From the sequence record NZ_CP023779.1: a stretch of DNA of 64,000 nucleotides. The stretch is one strand, 5' to 3'. Below, piece by piece: positions 35,952-45,120 of this stretch. Made by a program: the position numbers and the translations under genes. Position 1 is the stretch's first letter. Each line of letters begins with the position of its first letter. The notes beneath the pieces are model-generated. The model searched no databases. It worked only from the letters and a program-made list of their open reading frames with translations, and was not told the DNA's origin. The stretch comes from a plasmid.

Positions 35952-37843
35952 CGCAGATCGAGCTCCCGGTTCAGGAACCGCTCCACCAGGGCGCGGTCGG
36001 CGTCACCGATGACGGCGCGGGCATCGGCGATATCGATGTCGTCGTGCTCGCCGAGGAGATCGGCGAGCTGGGCGTGTGGCAGCCCGTAGCGTTGTGTCCA
36101 GGCCAGCGGGGTCATCTCGGCTTTGCGGGCCTCGAGCTGATCGTGGACGAGGATCTGGACCGGCAGATGGTGCGGCATCGCCCGGGCGCAGGAGCAGCCC
36201 AGACATTGCATGAACGAGGCCCGGCATGGCCCGTCCGGCGAAGAGTGCGGGCCGGTGCCGTCATCGGTGCAGGCCGCCATCACCGTGTCCAGCTCCCGGG
36301 CGATCATGCGTTTGAGCATGGTCGCGTTCACGCCAAATTCGGCGGCGATCGTGTCCGGGTCGCGTGTGGCTCTGGCGAGATCGCCGCCGGTGAGGCGGGT
36401 CATGACGCCTCGAGTGCGGGCCTTGTCGACCTCCTCGGTCAGCGCCTTGGCAACGACCCTCTGGTAGTCGACGAGACTGGCGCGGTTGCGGGTCAGATAG
36501 TCGTTGACCAGGGTGGTTTCCTGGTGCGCGACGGGCTTTTGATGCAGTTCGAGGTAGGTCAACCGGATCCGGCGCATGTCGATCTGGAGAGGAATCGGGT
36601 TGCCGTCCTCGTCGGTCCGGTCGGACACGAGGTTGTGCTTGCGCGCCCAGGTGGTCAGACAGTTGCCCGGCTGGCTGACCCGCAGCCCGCGGCCCTTCGC
36701 CCGGCCGCCGGTGGCGTGGTAGGAGACGAAGATGCTGTTCGTGCCCGAGATCTCACGAGTGCGTGAGGTGAGCTCGGCCAGCAGCGCGTAGACCCCGAAC
36801 GGAGTGTGAAGCTCGTCGCGGGCCGACATCTGCCCGGCATGGTCGGGGACAGTGATCCAATCCGGGACGTCGGACAACGCCAGGTTCATGTAGGCGTGAC
36901 GGCCGCGGCGCGGTTTGACGGTGTCGAGGATGGCGGTAGGTGTCTGCCCGGTGTGCCCGTCCGCGCGGTGGTGGGCGACGGTGGTATTCAGGATCACGCT
37001 CGCGTTCTGGCCGGTCATCGCGGCCAGCAGAACCTCACCGGCGAACGCTTCCAACCCGGTCAGATGCAGCTGGCTGATGATGTCGATGATCGATCCGACG
37101 TGGAACACCCAGCCGAGCGCGGGCTCGAGCGTGCTGTTGTAGCTCGACGACACCGATTCCGGCGCCATGCGGCGCCGGGGGACGTCGGCGTGCTGGTCGA
37201 CGTAATCCAGCAACACCAGCTCGCGGGGATCAGTGTCACCCCAGTCCCCGGCGCGGTATCGCTGCAACACCTCCCGGTTGCCGCGGATCCGTGCAGCGGC
37301 AGCACGCAGATCCGCGCGAGCAGCATCGACGATGCGTTTGAACTCGGCCTTGGTGTAGCCAGCCTTGCTGGTCTTGCGGATCCGCTTGGGATGCCGCTCC
37401 TGCGCCTTGGCCACCACGGCATCGGTGACGCCGTCGGCGACCCGCAACAGCGCCTTGACCTGCCCCAAATCATGGCAGACCTCGACACCGGCGTTCAGAC
37501 GCGCGACGGTGAACCCGTCGATGTGCTCCGGTGCCAGATCGCTCATCGTCTGCGGCGGATCCGGCATCGCCGCCAGATAGCAGGCGAACGCCCGCACGGA
37601 GTAAAACGTGTGTTTGAACGTGCTGAGCGTCGTCAGCCCGTTGCCTGGCGCGGTGCGCCGCGCGAACGCGACCGCCAACCCTCGCTGGATCTGCGGTGCG
37701 ACCGGCAGGCGGCCGAGATCGAAATCGGCGAATTCGCTGCCGCCCTGCACGAAACAACGAACCACCAGGCCGCCCTCGAGAAGACCACGCGCCGTGCCGG
37801 ATCCGGTGCCCGGGAGAGCGGCCTTGCGCCCTCGCCGGCTCAC
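35948..37843 (-). CDS. tyrosine recombinase-like (second of trio, RitB-like)
   Basis: 4-bp overlaps on both sides. 'TGGRAKGRG...MRRIRLTYLE' motifs. 631 aa. Confidence 0.55.
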   Translation of the reverse strand: MSRRGRKAALPGTGSGTARGLLEGGLVVRCFVQGGSEFADFDLGRLPVAPQIQRGLAVAFARRTAPGNGLTTLSTFKHTFYSVRAFACYLAAMPDPPQTMSDLAPEHIDGFTVARLNAGVEVCHDLGQVKALLRVADGVTDAVVAKAQERHPKRIRKTSKAGYTKAEFKRIVDAARADLRAAAARIRGNREVLQRYRAGDWGDTDPRELVLLDYVDQHADVPRRRMAPESVSSSYNSTLEPALGWVFHVGSIIDIISQLHLTGLEAFAGEVLLAAMTGQNASVILNTTVAHHRADGHTGQTPTAILDTVKPRRGRHAYMNLALSDVPDWITVPDHAGQMSARDELHTPFGVYALLAELTSRTREISGTNSIFVSYHATGGRAKGRGLRVSQPGNCLTTWARKHNLVSDRTDEDGNPIPLQIDMRRIRLTYLELHQKPVAHQETTLVNDYLTRNRASLVDYQRVVAKALTEEVDKARTRGVMTRLTGGDLARATRDPDTIAAEFGVNATMLKRMIARELDTVMAACTDDGTGPHSSPDGPCRASFMQCLGCSCARAMPHHLPVQILVHDQLEARKAEMTPLAWTQRYGLPHAQLADLLGEHDDIDIADARAVIGDADRALVERFLNRELDLR

Positions 37844-39315
37844 CGGGCAGCCCCAACCGGGTCGCTGATCACCCTCGGATGCGTCGCCATCGCGTCGGCA
37901 ACGAACCTGTCGATATCGAATCCTTCGACATGGGCGAGCAGAACCTCCACCGACAAGCTCCGGAACGGCTCTAGGTATACGAGTCTGGTCGTCTCGACCC
38001 GGCGGTGGCCAAGGACGGTCTGCACGAGGTCCCAGGTGTCGCCGAACTGGTCACGGAAGTCCCGGGACTCCTCTTCGTCCAGATGACCAATCTGTTTGGC
38101 GTAGAACAGTTTCCCCACCGAGAACCATCGCAATGCCGCGCTGTGGCGCGCCATGTGCGCGGTGACGTGGAAGTTGTCCAGCCCCTGGGCGGCAATACGC
38201 TGATTCGCCGTCTCGAAGGTGTGATGCCACCCGTGCGGATCTCGCGGCACCCCGTCCTCGTTCAACCACAACCACACCGGCTCCAGCCCCGCAGCGGTCT
38301 GCCTGAACATCCGACGGCGCAGCAGCGGCGGCACCATCACCCAGTCCCGCACCACCCCCGCGCCGGCCTTCTCGTCAGGAATCACCACCGAGCCACGGCG
38401 CTTGCCGGTGCCGACCACCATCCGCCCCGGCAACCGCTCGTAAGTCCCGGCCGCCTGAGCATGCCGGACCGCCCGGGCCCGCGCCCCTTCGACATAGGAC
38501 CAGACCGCGCTCAACGCCCGCCGTGGAATCCAATACGGGTGCCCATATTCACCTTTCGCGCATTTACCCGCCAGCTCACAGGTGTAGTACCCGCGTCCGG
38601 CTTCCAACGGCGGCAACTCCGGCAAGACCACGCTCGCCCATTCGGTCAGCCGCAAGGCTGTGCCGTAGAGGCCATCGGCGAACGCCGCGTCACGCTGCTC
38701 GTTGCGGCCGCGCCACGACCGATCGTGGCGACCCGACAATTCCCGGCCGCGCAATCCGACATCGCGCCACCGTGCCCACGCTGCCGGATCCAGCCACTTC
38801 ACCGACGCCTCACGGCGTGCGGCCGGGAAGTCCACCTCGGCGAACACGTCGAGGACGTCGGTGTAACGCTGGGCGGCCCAGCCGTAGAACTTCTTGCAGG
38901 CCGCGACGTCCTTCGCGAACGTCGAGGTCCGCACCGTCGCCAGGTTCGCCGGATCGGTCAGCCGCCAGAATTCGAACGCCTCGGCATGCTCATCGTCAGC
39001 CTGCCACCAGGCACAACTCCGTGATTCCAGAAAATTCATCCACATCGCCAGCGAGTGGACGTAGGCGCGACGAGTATTCGCCGCTAGCACTCCGAACCTC
39101 GCCGACGCCAAGAACTGGTTCACACGGGGATCCGGAAACCCGTTCGGCCCCAACAAGAACCATTGACCGTGACGGACGCCCAACCTTCGGGCCCACGAAC
39201 CCACGTCTCCAGCGATTCCGAACTCGCCCGGCAACTCGGGCCACGGCCGCTCCAGACCGAACTGATGCACAGACCAATGTCCAGTGCTCAATGCACGCTT
39301 CCCCTCTCGGCTCAC
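37840..39315 (-). CDS. tyrosine recombinase (first of trio, RitA-like)
   Basis: 'HMARHSAALRWF', 'YAKQIGHLD', 'VLGHRRVETTRLVYLEP' (H-x-x-R ... Y). 491 aa. Confidence 0.7.
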   Translation of the reverse strand: MSREGKRALSTGHWSVHQFGLERPWPELPGEFGIAGDVGSWARRLGVRHGQWFLLGPNGFPDPRVNQFLASARFGVLAANTRRAYVHSLAMWMNFLESRSCAWWQADDEHAEAFEFWRLTDPANLATVRTSTFAKDVAACKKFYGWAAQRYTDVLDVFAEVDFPAARREASVKWLDPAAWARWRDVGLRGRELSGRHDRSWRGRNEQRDAAFADGLYGTALRLTEWASVVLPELPPLEAGRGYYTCELAGKCAKGEYGHPYWIPRRALSAVWSYVEGARARAVRHAQAAGTYERLPGRMVVGTGKRRGSVVIPDEKAGAGVVRDWVMVPPLLRRRMFRQTAAGLEPVWLWLNEDGVPRDPHGWHHTFETANQRIAAQGLDNFHVTAHMARHSAALRWFSVGKLFYAKQIGHLDEEESRDFRDQFGDTWDLVQTVLGHRRVETTRLVYLEPFRSLSVEVLLAHVEGFDIDRFVADAMATHPRVISDPVGAAR

Positions 39316-39418
39316 AACAACGACAGGTAGTTCGGAGCCACAACAGGAAAGTCGCTATAGAACGGGTGAGGGCCCGCGTCATGATCCGCGGTGTACGTTC
39401 CATCGGCTCGACCCGGAG

Positions 39419-40426
39419 ATGACCGGGCGCGGTGCCTGCGAGGCGGCGATCCGCGAGACGGACGCAGGGGTGTCGATCCGATTCGCCGCGCCGCTGGTCA
39501 GCAAGCCGTCCGAACCTCGGCAGGCGGTCGACGAGTCGGCCTATCCGGGGTTGGGTCGGCGGTCGCTGGGGTTGCTGGGCCTGCTGCATTTCCTGTGGGA
39601 GGGCGCGAAGTTGTCGGCCTGGTCGGCGAGCTCGCGCTCGCGTAGCTGGGCGACGGTGGCGCGGGCGCTGACCGACCAGACTTCGGGATGCACGATCAGC
39701 CGTCAGCCTGCCGAGAGCGTGCTCTACGTCGTGCCGCCGTACCGGGCCGAGCTCGCCGAGGCCAATCTCGCCGGGTTCGATGCCTTCATGGGCACCCTGC
39801 GGGCCGATCGGACGCAGATCCGGCGCGGTTTCGTGCTCGGCGAGCTCAAGGCCGTGCACCCGTCCAAATTCGGTGTGCGCTACCAGCTGGCGCAGCAGAG
39901 CCCGCAGCGACAGGTGTTCGTCGGCGAGCGGCTCGACGCCAAGCTCCGCCGGTCTTATCGCAATGCGTTCTCCGAGGCCGCGGCCGAGGCGGGCGGCCGC
40001 CGGGTCGTGCTGTTCTATATCGAGCGATCCTCGGGCGGGTTCGCGACGGCGGTCGACGCGGCGGTGATGCTGACCAGCGGCGACTACATCCCCGCTGATT
40101 CGTCGTATGAGGTGCGGATGGCCGATGCGCTCGCGGCCGCCGGCCGGAGCTACGTCAAGCCGCTGGCCTTCGACGGTGCCAGCGGCGACGCGGTGACCTC
40201 GGCCGTGTTCCCGGACTTCGTGTTGATCGACCAGCCGAATGCCTACGTCGAAGTGTGGGGCCTACCGGGCCGGGAAAGTTACGAGCGCCGCAAGGCTGAG
40301 AAGCTGGCACACTACCAACGCACGGCGTCCACGCTGGTGGAATGGATCGTGACCGGCCCGATGCCGGTGCTGGAGCAGGCTTCTCCAGCGAGCTCGGCGC
40401 GGCCCGCGTGGGCCATCGCGCACTAA
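39419..40426 (+). CDS. hypothetical protein (possible PD-(D/E)xK-like nuclease fold)
   Basis: Long GC3-rich ORF. Start uncertain. 'PDFVLIDQPNAYVEVWG'. Confidence 0.35.
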   Translation: MTGRGACEAAIRETDAGVSIRFAAPLVSKPSEPRQAVDESAYPGLGRRSLGLLGLLHFLWEGAKLSAWSASSRSRSWATVARALTDQTSGCTISRQPAESVLYVVPPYRAELAEANLAGFDAFMGTLRADRTQIRRGFVLGELKAVHPSKFGVRYQLAQQSPQRQVFVGERLDAKLRRSYRNAFSEAAAEAGGRRVVLFYIERSSGGFATAVDAAVMLTSGDYIPADSSYEVRMADALAAAGRSYVKPLAFDGASGDAVTSAVFPDFVLIDQPNAYVEVWGLPGRESYERRKAEKLAHYQRTASTLVEWIVTGPMPVLEQASPASSARPAWAIAH

Positions 40427-40469
40427 AAGGCCGGGTGGATCCGGTGCAGCGGCGAGCAGAATCGAAGGC

Positions 40470-40709
40470 GTGAGCGAGACCTCGGCCGCCGACGAGCGCG
40501 CCATCCTGACCCGATCACGCGCCGCGCAGGCCGCCTACGCCGCTGGCGACCATGCCACGGCGCACGCGCTCCATGATGACCTGGTGGCCCTCTACGGGCT
40601 GACCGCCATCGCCACGGTCATGGCGGCGCGATATGACCGTGAGCAACTCGGCATCGAGGCACAGTTGCTCGGCATATTCGGACCGACGCTGTACGGCGAG
40701 AACCGCTAG
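40470..40709 (+). CDS. small hypothetical protein
   Basis: GTG start after GAAGG. 79 aa. Confidence 0.35.
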   Translation: MSETSAADERAILTRSRAAQAAYAAGDHATAHALHDDLVALYGLTAIATVMAARYDREQLGIEAQLLGIFGPTLYGENR

Positions 40710-40760
40710 CTCTCGAGCTCTCGCGCGTCCGCTCGAGTCGGCGGCTTAGACTTCCCTGCT

Positions 40761-41504
40761 ATGACCTCAGAGCCCACGCCGGGATTTGATTCATTCGTCA
40801 CGCGGTGTCGATATCCCGGTCGCGGCATTGCACTCGGTCGCGACGCGGCGGGGGCCGGGTTCGCCGCGTACTGGCTGACCGGGCGCAGCACGGAATCGCA
40901 AGAGCGCCGGATCATCGTCGGCGTAGATGCCCTCGATGTCAGCGACACCGCGTCAGACCAATCCGACCCATTGCGCCACTACACCGCGATCATCCGCCTC
41001 ACAGACCGGATCATTGTCGGCAACGGCACCCAGGTGGGCGAAGTTGCTGGGGATTTCGGCGGCGGTGTTTCCGTATGGGAGGCGCTGAGCAGGCTCGAAT
41101 ACGAGCCGGATCCGCCGATCTTGACACCCCGGATCACCGCAACCGCGACGGTGACCGGTGATGAGGTGAGGGACGTAATCCTGTCCGGCGCAGTAGCACA
41201 CCCTCGGTGGCCGAACACCGCTCAGCACAACATGTTTCACACTCACCGCCTCGAGGTGGGGCAATGCCATGCGATGACGACCTACAACGGGGACACCGCA
41301 GCGGTGTCGACGAGCGGGCAACCGGCCGCCGTGCAGGTCGATGCGCTGTGGCCGACATTGGCTGAACGCATCTGGGACAACCTCGATCCCGCGCTGCGCG
41401 TGGCGGTCGCGGTTGTCCCGCTCGTCGGAGACCTGCGCGAAGGCCGGTTTATCGGCGTTCACGAGCCCCACATTCACGCAGGCACGGGGCGCAGCACGAC
41501 GTGA
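40761..41504 (+). CDS. IMP cyclohydrolase (PurO)-like family protein
   Basis: 'YPGRGIALGRDAAGAGFAAYWLTGRSTESQER' parallels PurO 'YLGRILAVGRN...AIAYRVSSRSFPNR' (recalled, not verified). Convergent with, and overlapping, the methyltransferase 3' end. Confidence 0.45.
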   Translation: MTSEPTPGFDSFVTRCRYPGRGIALGRDAAGAGFAAYWLTGRSTESQERRIIVGVDALDVSDTASDQSDPLRHYTAIIRLTDRIIVGNGTQVGEVAGDFGGGVSVWEALSRLEYEPDPPILTPRITATATVTGDEVRDVILSGAVAHPRWPNTAQHNMFHTHRLEVGQCHAMTTYNGDTAAVSTSGQPAAVQVDALWPTLAERIWDNLDPALRVAVAVVPLVGDLREGRFIGVHEPHIHAGTGRSTT

Positions 41505-42331
41505 GAGCCGAACCCGAGGCGTCCCGTCACCGCCTCGGGAAGCCAACGCTGCGCGGTGCGGGAGAACTCGATAGCGCGGTTGCTCCACGGGATCGCCAGG
41601 CTGTCCGGGCTGATCCGTTCGACGTGGAAGCCGGACCATTCGAGCTCCCGCAGCACCACACCGGGGAAGAACCACCGATGCACAGTGTCGACGCCGAATT
41701 CGTCGACGGACTCGGTAACCGACACCCGACCCTGTATCCGCGCTGCCACGGTGCGAACCAGACCGCGAGCGGCCGAGGGCAGCGAGCCACGACCGAAGAC
41801 GTAGGGGTCGGTCCCACCACCCATCCGCACCCATGCGGTCGGATTCAGACATGAGGGGAATGCGACGACGCACCGGTCGATGGTGTGTTCTCGCAGGAAT
41901 CCCAGCAGGGCCCGAGGATGGGGCGCGTGCTCTAGGATGTGCAGCGCGGTGACCACCTGGGCCGGTTCGACGGGCAGCTCCTCGAACCGGCGATTTCCAC
42001 TGTGCACGAACTCGATTCGACCAGCGTCGACGCCGTTGACCTCGGCGAAGCGTTCCAGTGCAGCGATATGATTGCGCGAGGGGCTGATGATGGTCACCTG
42101 TTTGCCCAGACCAGCGGCAAGGACTCCGAGCACGCCGTCGACCGATGCACCGCGGGTGACATCCATGATGCGGGTGTAGCCATCGAGCAACGGCAGGATG
42201 TTGCCGATCTTCTGCCGGTGGCTGAACTGGTGTATCGGTCGTTGCGACCACCACCGCGATTCCAGTCGTTGCCAAGCATGGTCGGCGGATTCGGCGTCGA
42301 CGGCCGCGCCGAACGCGGCGAAGTAGTTCAT
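41474..42331 (-). CDS. class I SAM-dependent methyltransferase
   Basis: 'RIMDVTRGASVDGVLGVLAAGLGKQVTIISPS' Rossmann/SAM motif I-like. Last gene of a coupled four-gene operon. Confidence 0.6.
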   Translation of the reverse strand: MNYFAAFGAAVDAESADHAWQRLESRWWSQRPIHQFSHRQKIGNILPLLDGYTRIMDVTRGASVDGVLGVLAAGLGKQVTIISPSRNHIAALERFAEVNGVDAGRIEFVHSGNRRFEELPVEPAQVVTALHILEHAPHPRALLGFLREHTIDRCVVAFPSCLNPTAWVRMGGGTDPYVFGRGSLPSAARGLVRTVAARIQGRVSVTESVDEFGVDTVHRWFFPGVVLRELEWSGFHVERISPDSLAIPWSNRAIEFSRTAQRWLPEAVTGRLGFGSHVVLRPVPA

Positions 42332-42924
42332 GCGTGGCCTTCTGATTCGAGTATCCAGTCGATCACTTCAGTGATCTGCGCCGGTTGATTGTCGTGGATG
42401 GTCAGCACGCCGGGACGGTCGGCGAGCTCGGCGAACGCCTGGTGCAGGGTGGTCAGGAATTCGGGCTGATCCTCGCGGCGGAACACCGTGTCGCGATCAC
42501 CCCGGACCCGCTGGGCGATCCGGCCGTCGAGTCGCTGCTGATTGAGGTCCAGGTCCGGCAGTAGCAGCAGCGTCGGCGGCTGAGCCGGGAGGTGGTCGAT
42601 GATCTGCCGCAACCTCTTGTGCTGGTCACCGGAGATCCAGCCCAGCCGGGCGTATGCCTCGATGTAAGCCTCGGAGTCCGCGGCGCCACGGCTGACCAGC
42701 ACACAGCGACCCGGAACGGGCTCGATGAGCTGGGGCATGACGATGCGGTGGTACAGCCGCAGCAGGCTGCGCTCCCAGTCCTCGAGCGCGCGGAAAGAAC
42801 CGAACTCACTCAGGAAGTCGATATCGACAGCCGGGTCGGTGAACCGGTCGTCGGTCAACAGTTTGTCGATCAGATACGTTTTGCCTCCGCCATGCGGGCC
42901 GGAAACACAAACACAGTGCTTCAT
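42328..42924 (-). CDS. P-loop NTPase, (deoxy)nucleoside kinase-like
   Basis: Walker A 'VSGPHGGGKTYLIDKLL'. About 200 aa. 'LLLLPDLD' Walker B-like. ATGA overlap with the methyltransferase. Confidence 0.6.
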   Translation of the reverse strand: MKHCVCVSGPHGGGKTYLIDKLLTDDRFTDPAVDIDFLSEFGSFRALEDWERSLLRLYHRIVMPQLIEPVPGRCVLVSRGAADSEAYIEAYARLGWISGDQHKRLRQIIDHLPAQPPTLLLLPDLDLNQQRLDGRIAQRVRGDRDTVFRREDQPEFLTTLHQAFAELADRPGVLTIHDNQPAQITEVIDWILESEGHA

Positions 42925-43637
42925 CGTGAAACCTCCTGGAAGAACTCGTATTTCGTCTCGGTGGTGGGTTCCAGTGGCACCGGGGAGTGATGTTGGATCC
43001 GTTGCGCGGCCCGGCGCACCTGCTCGGCGACCTCGACGAGTGATCCTGGGTCGCGGGCGGCCTCGGAAGCCTCGTATTCGATCTCCAACTGCCGCTGAAC
43101 GCGGTCACCGGCCACGCACACTGTGACCGCGACCGTGTAACAGAACCCGTCCGCGTCGTACGCGAGCACTTTCGACCTGCGCTTTTCCAGCGGCTCTGAC
43201 AGTCCGCCGCCGGATTCGGCGGCCCACTGTGCCGCGTCCTGGTCGTAGCGGAAACGCTCGGTGGACACCATCACCGGTGCGCCGACGGTGTCGACCGTGT
43301 GCTGTTTGATCTTCAGCAGGGGCGCGTTGCGCCACGTGAAGTAGGAATACTCCACCTCGGCGCCGGTGTCGTCGCTGCCGATCAGGTAGCGGGGGTACAC
43401 GGTGGTTTCACCGTTACTGACACGGTCGATGAGCAGCGGCGGCAGCTCGCCGAGGATGCGCCACAGCAGTGCGGTGGGGTCGGTGTCCGGATCGGTGATG
43501 GCGAGTTTCGCCTCGACCTCCCAGTCCGGATGCCAATCCCGGTAGCGGCCGGACTGCTTGAGCGTGGTGGTCAGCGTTCCGGCGACGGCGTGCGCAGCCA
43601 GAGCCGGGTCGAGAGCAGGGTTCAGGGCGGTGCTCAT
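42921..43637 (-). CDS. CYTH-like (triphosphate tunnel metalloenzyme) domain protein candidate
   Basis: N-terminal 'WEVEAKLAI' (ExExK). Later 'RFRYD' and 'LEIEYEASE' acidic motifs. GAGGA RBS. 4-bp overlaps on both sides. Confidence 0.4.
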   Translation of the reverse strand: MSTALNPALDPALAAHAVAGTLTTTLKQSGRYRDWHPDWEVEAKLAITDPDTDPTALLWRILGELPPLLIDRVSNGETTVYPRYLIGSDDTGAEVEYSYFTWRNAPLLKIKQHTVDTVGAPVMVSTERFRYDQDAAQWAAESGGGLSEPLEKRRSKVLAYDADGFCYTVAVTVCVAGDRVQRQLEIEYEASEAARDPGSLVEVAEQVRRAAQRIQHHSPVPLEPTTETKYEFFQEVSR

Positions 43638-44332
43638 GGCTTTGTCCTCGAATCGGTTTCGGGCATGGGATGAAATACGCCGTTGCGGGCCCGCAGACAT
43701 TCGAGGGCGCGCCGCACCTGGCGGGCAGGGCTGTAGGTGTCGTAGAACTCGCCGGTTTCCTCGTTGAAAATGCGCGCGTGAGGTTGGAGGGAAGGCCCGC
43801 GTACGAACAGCGTCGTGCACGGCTCGTCTGCGCTGGGGACGTGCACCTGATGAGGGACGCGGGCGGCCAGCGAGCTCGATCCGCCAGCCACTCTCACATC
43901 GCGACTACGTTCGGTGACAACGGCGCGGCGAGTGAGTTCGGCGCATTCGGTGATCTCGAAGCGCCGCTCGACATACGAGCCGGTGAGGATGATCGTGCTC
44001 ATATGCCATTTGTGATAGTGGACTTTCTCAATCGCGTTGCCCGCGATGCATGTCGGCCAGAATCGGTGCAGCCGAACCCGGAACATATCGTCGGGATGGA
44101 CGTAGAGGGTGAACTTGTCCATGAGAGTCCGCGGATACTCGGTGTAGGGCTCGAGTGCGCGGTACAGGGGGTCATCGTTGAGGATTTCGTCGATCCGTTC
44201 CGCCACGATGGAGTAGTCGCGGTAGGCACTCTGCAACAACGCCTCCACGGCGGCCGCTTCGGTGTCCATGAATGTTGGTGAGTTCCAGCTGACATCGCGC
44301 GTGAGCGCGGCGACGAATGCATTCCAGCTCAT
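43634..44332 (-). CDS. cupin-like protein (possible oxygenase)
   Basis: 'YVHPDDMFRVRLHRFWP...EKVHYHKWHMSTIILTGSYVERRF' His-rich beta-barrel-like motifs. First gene of the coupled operon. Confidence 0.35.
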   Translation of the reverse strand: MSWNAFVAALTRDVSWNSPTFMDTEAAAVEALLQSAYRDYSIVAERIDEILNDDPLYRALEPYTEYPRTLMDKFTLYVHPDDMFRVRLHRFWPTCIAGNAIEKVHYHKWHMSTIILTGSYVERRFEITECAELTRRAVVTERSRDVRVAGGSSSLAARVPHQVHVPSADEPCTTLFVRGPSLQPHARIFNEETGEFYDTYSPARQVRRALECLRARNGVFHPMPETDSRTKP

Positions 44333-44401
44333 AGGGTTTCGCTTTCCTGGTAGAGGTGTTGTGGTTGCGCGGCCTCTCGCACTTGGACGGCACTCCAATC
44401 G

Positions 44402-44995
44402 TTAGACGGCCTTGGGTCGGCGGAGGCGTTGCAGAACGGCTCGGTTGCGGGTGGCGTCCTGGGTGATCGCCGCGGCCCATACATGGGCGGACACAACACC
44501 GGCGTCGAACCGGCCGATCCACTCGTCGATAGAGGCGCTGTCTTCGAGGGTGTCGTCGTGCCAGCTGGTTACGCCCAGCTCGGGCATGTGTACGTACATG
44601 ACCGCGTTGTACGACCGACCGCGAGCATCGAAAACCATTGCGGCGCAGAGTTCATCGGCGGTCGGGCGGTCCTTCATCCGGCCCTCGGCCATAGCGCGTA
44701 GCGCGCCTTCCGGCACTTCACCGTTCCCGGTGAACAGTTCGCCTACCATCCAGCAGGCGAGCCCGAACCCCCAGAGCTGACGGCCGGGGAGCCGGTTGAT
44801 CAATCCGGCGGCCGCGTTCAGGATCGGCGACTTCACCGGGTCGGAATCGAGATCGACCACCGTATAGGCGACACCGGAGGCAGTGTTGGCATCGGTGCAG
44901 GCGAGCCCCCACAGGTGCACGGTGCGCGCCGCGCTCGCATCACGAACCATGTCGATGCTGCGCTTGGCCATCATCGCCGGAAGTATCGCGTCCAT
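44402..44995 (-). CDS. hypothetical protein
   Basis: ORF with uncertain start. No clear RBS. Confidence 0.35.
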   Translation of the reverse strand: MDAILPAMMAKRSIDMVRDASAARTVHLWGLACTDANTASGVAYTVVDLDSDPVKSPILNAAAGLINRLPGRQLWGFGLACWMVGELFTGNGEVPEGALRAMAEGRMKDRPTADELCAAMVFDARGRSYNAVMYVHMPELGVTSWHDDTLEDSASIDEWIGRFDAGVVSAHVWAAAITQDATRNRAVLQRLRRPKAV

Positions 44996-45120
44996 GATCG
45001 TCGACCGGCGCGGGTAGCTCAGGGTGGCTTCGATGGGCGCCCGCTTGCGAGCCGTCCGTCGAGCGCGGCGGTTCTGGTATGGCTGGTCCGATCGGTTCGG
45101 CACATCGCCTCCTTCGGCGC

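Larger units (their letters stand above)
33400..39315 (-). mobile_element. putative RIT (recombinase-in-trio) element: three tandem tyrosine recombinases plus a coupled small gene
   Basis: Four same-strand genes with 4-bp overlaps. Three carry integrase catalytic-core motifs. Ends not confirmed. Confidence 0.5.

Noticed and set aside
38005-39024. 339-aa plus-strand ORF
   Set aside because: Antisense to the first tyrosine recombinase of the trio. Pro/Arg-rich.
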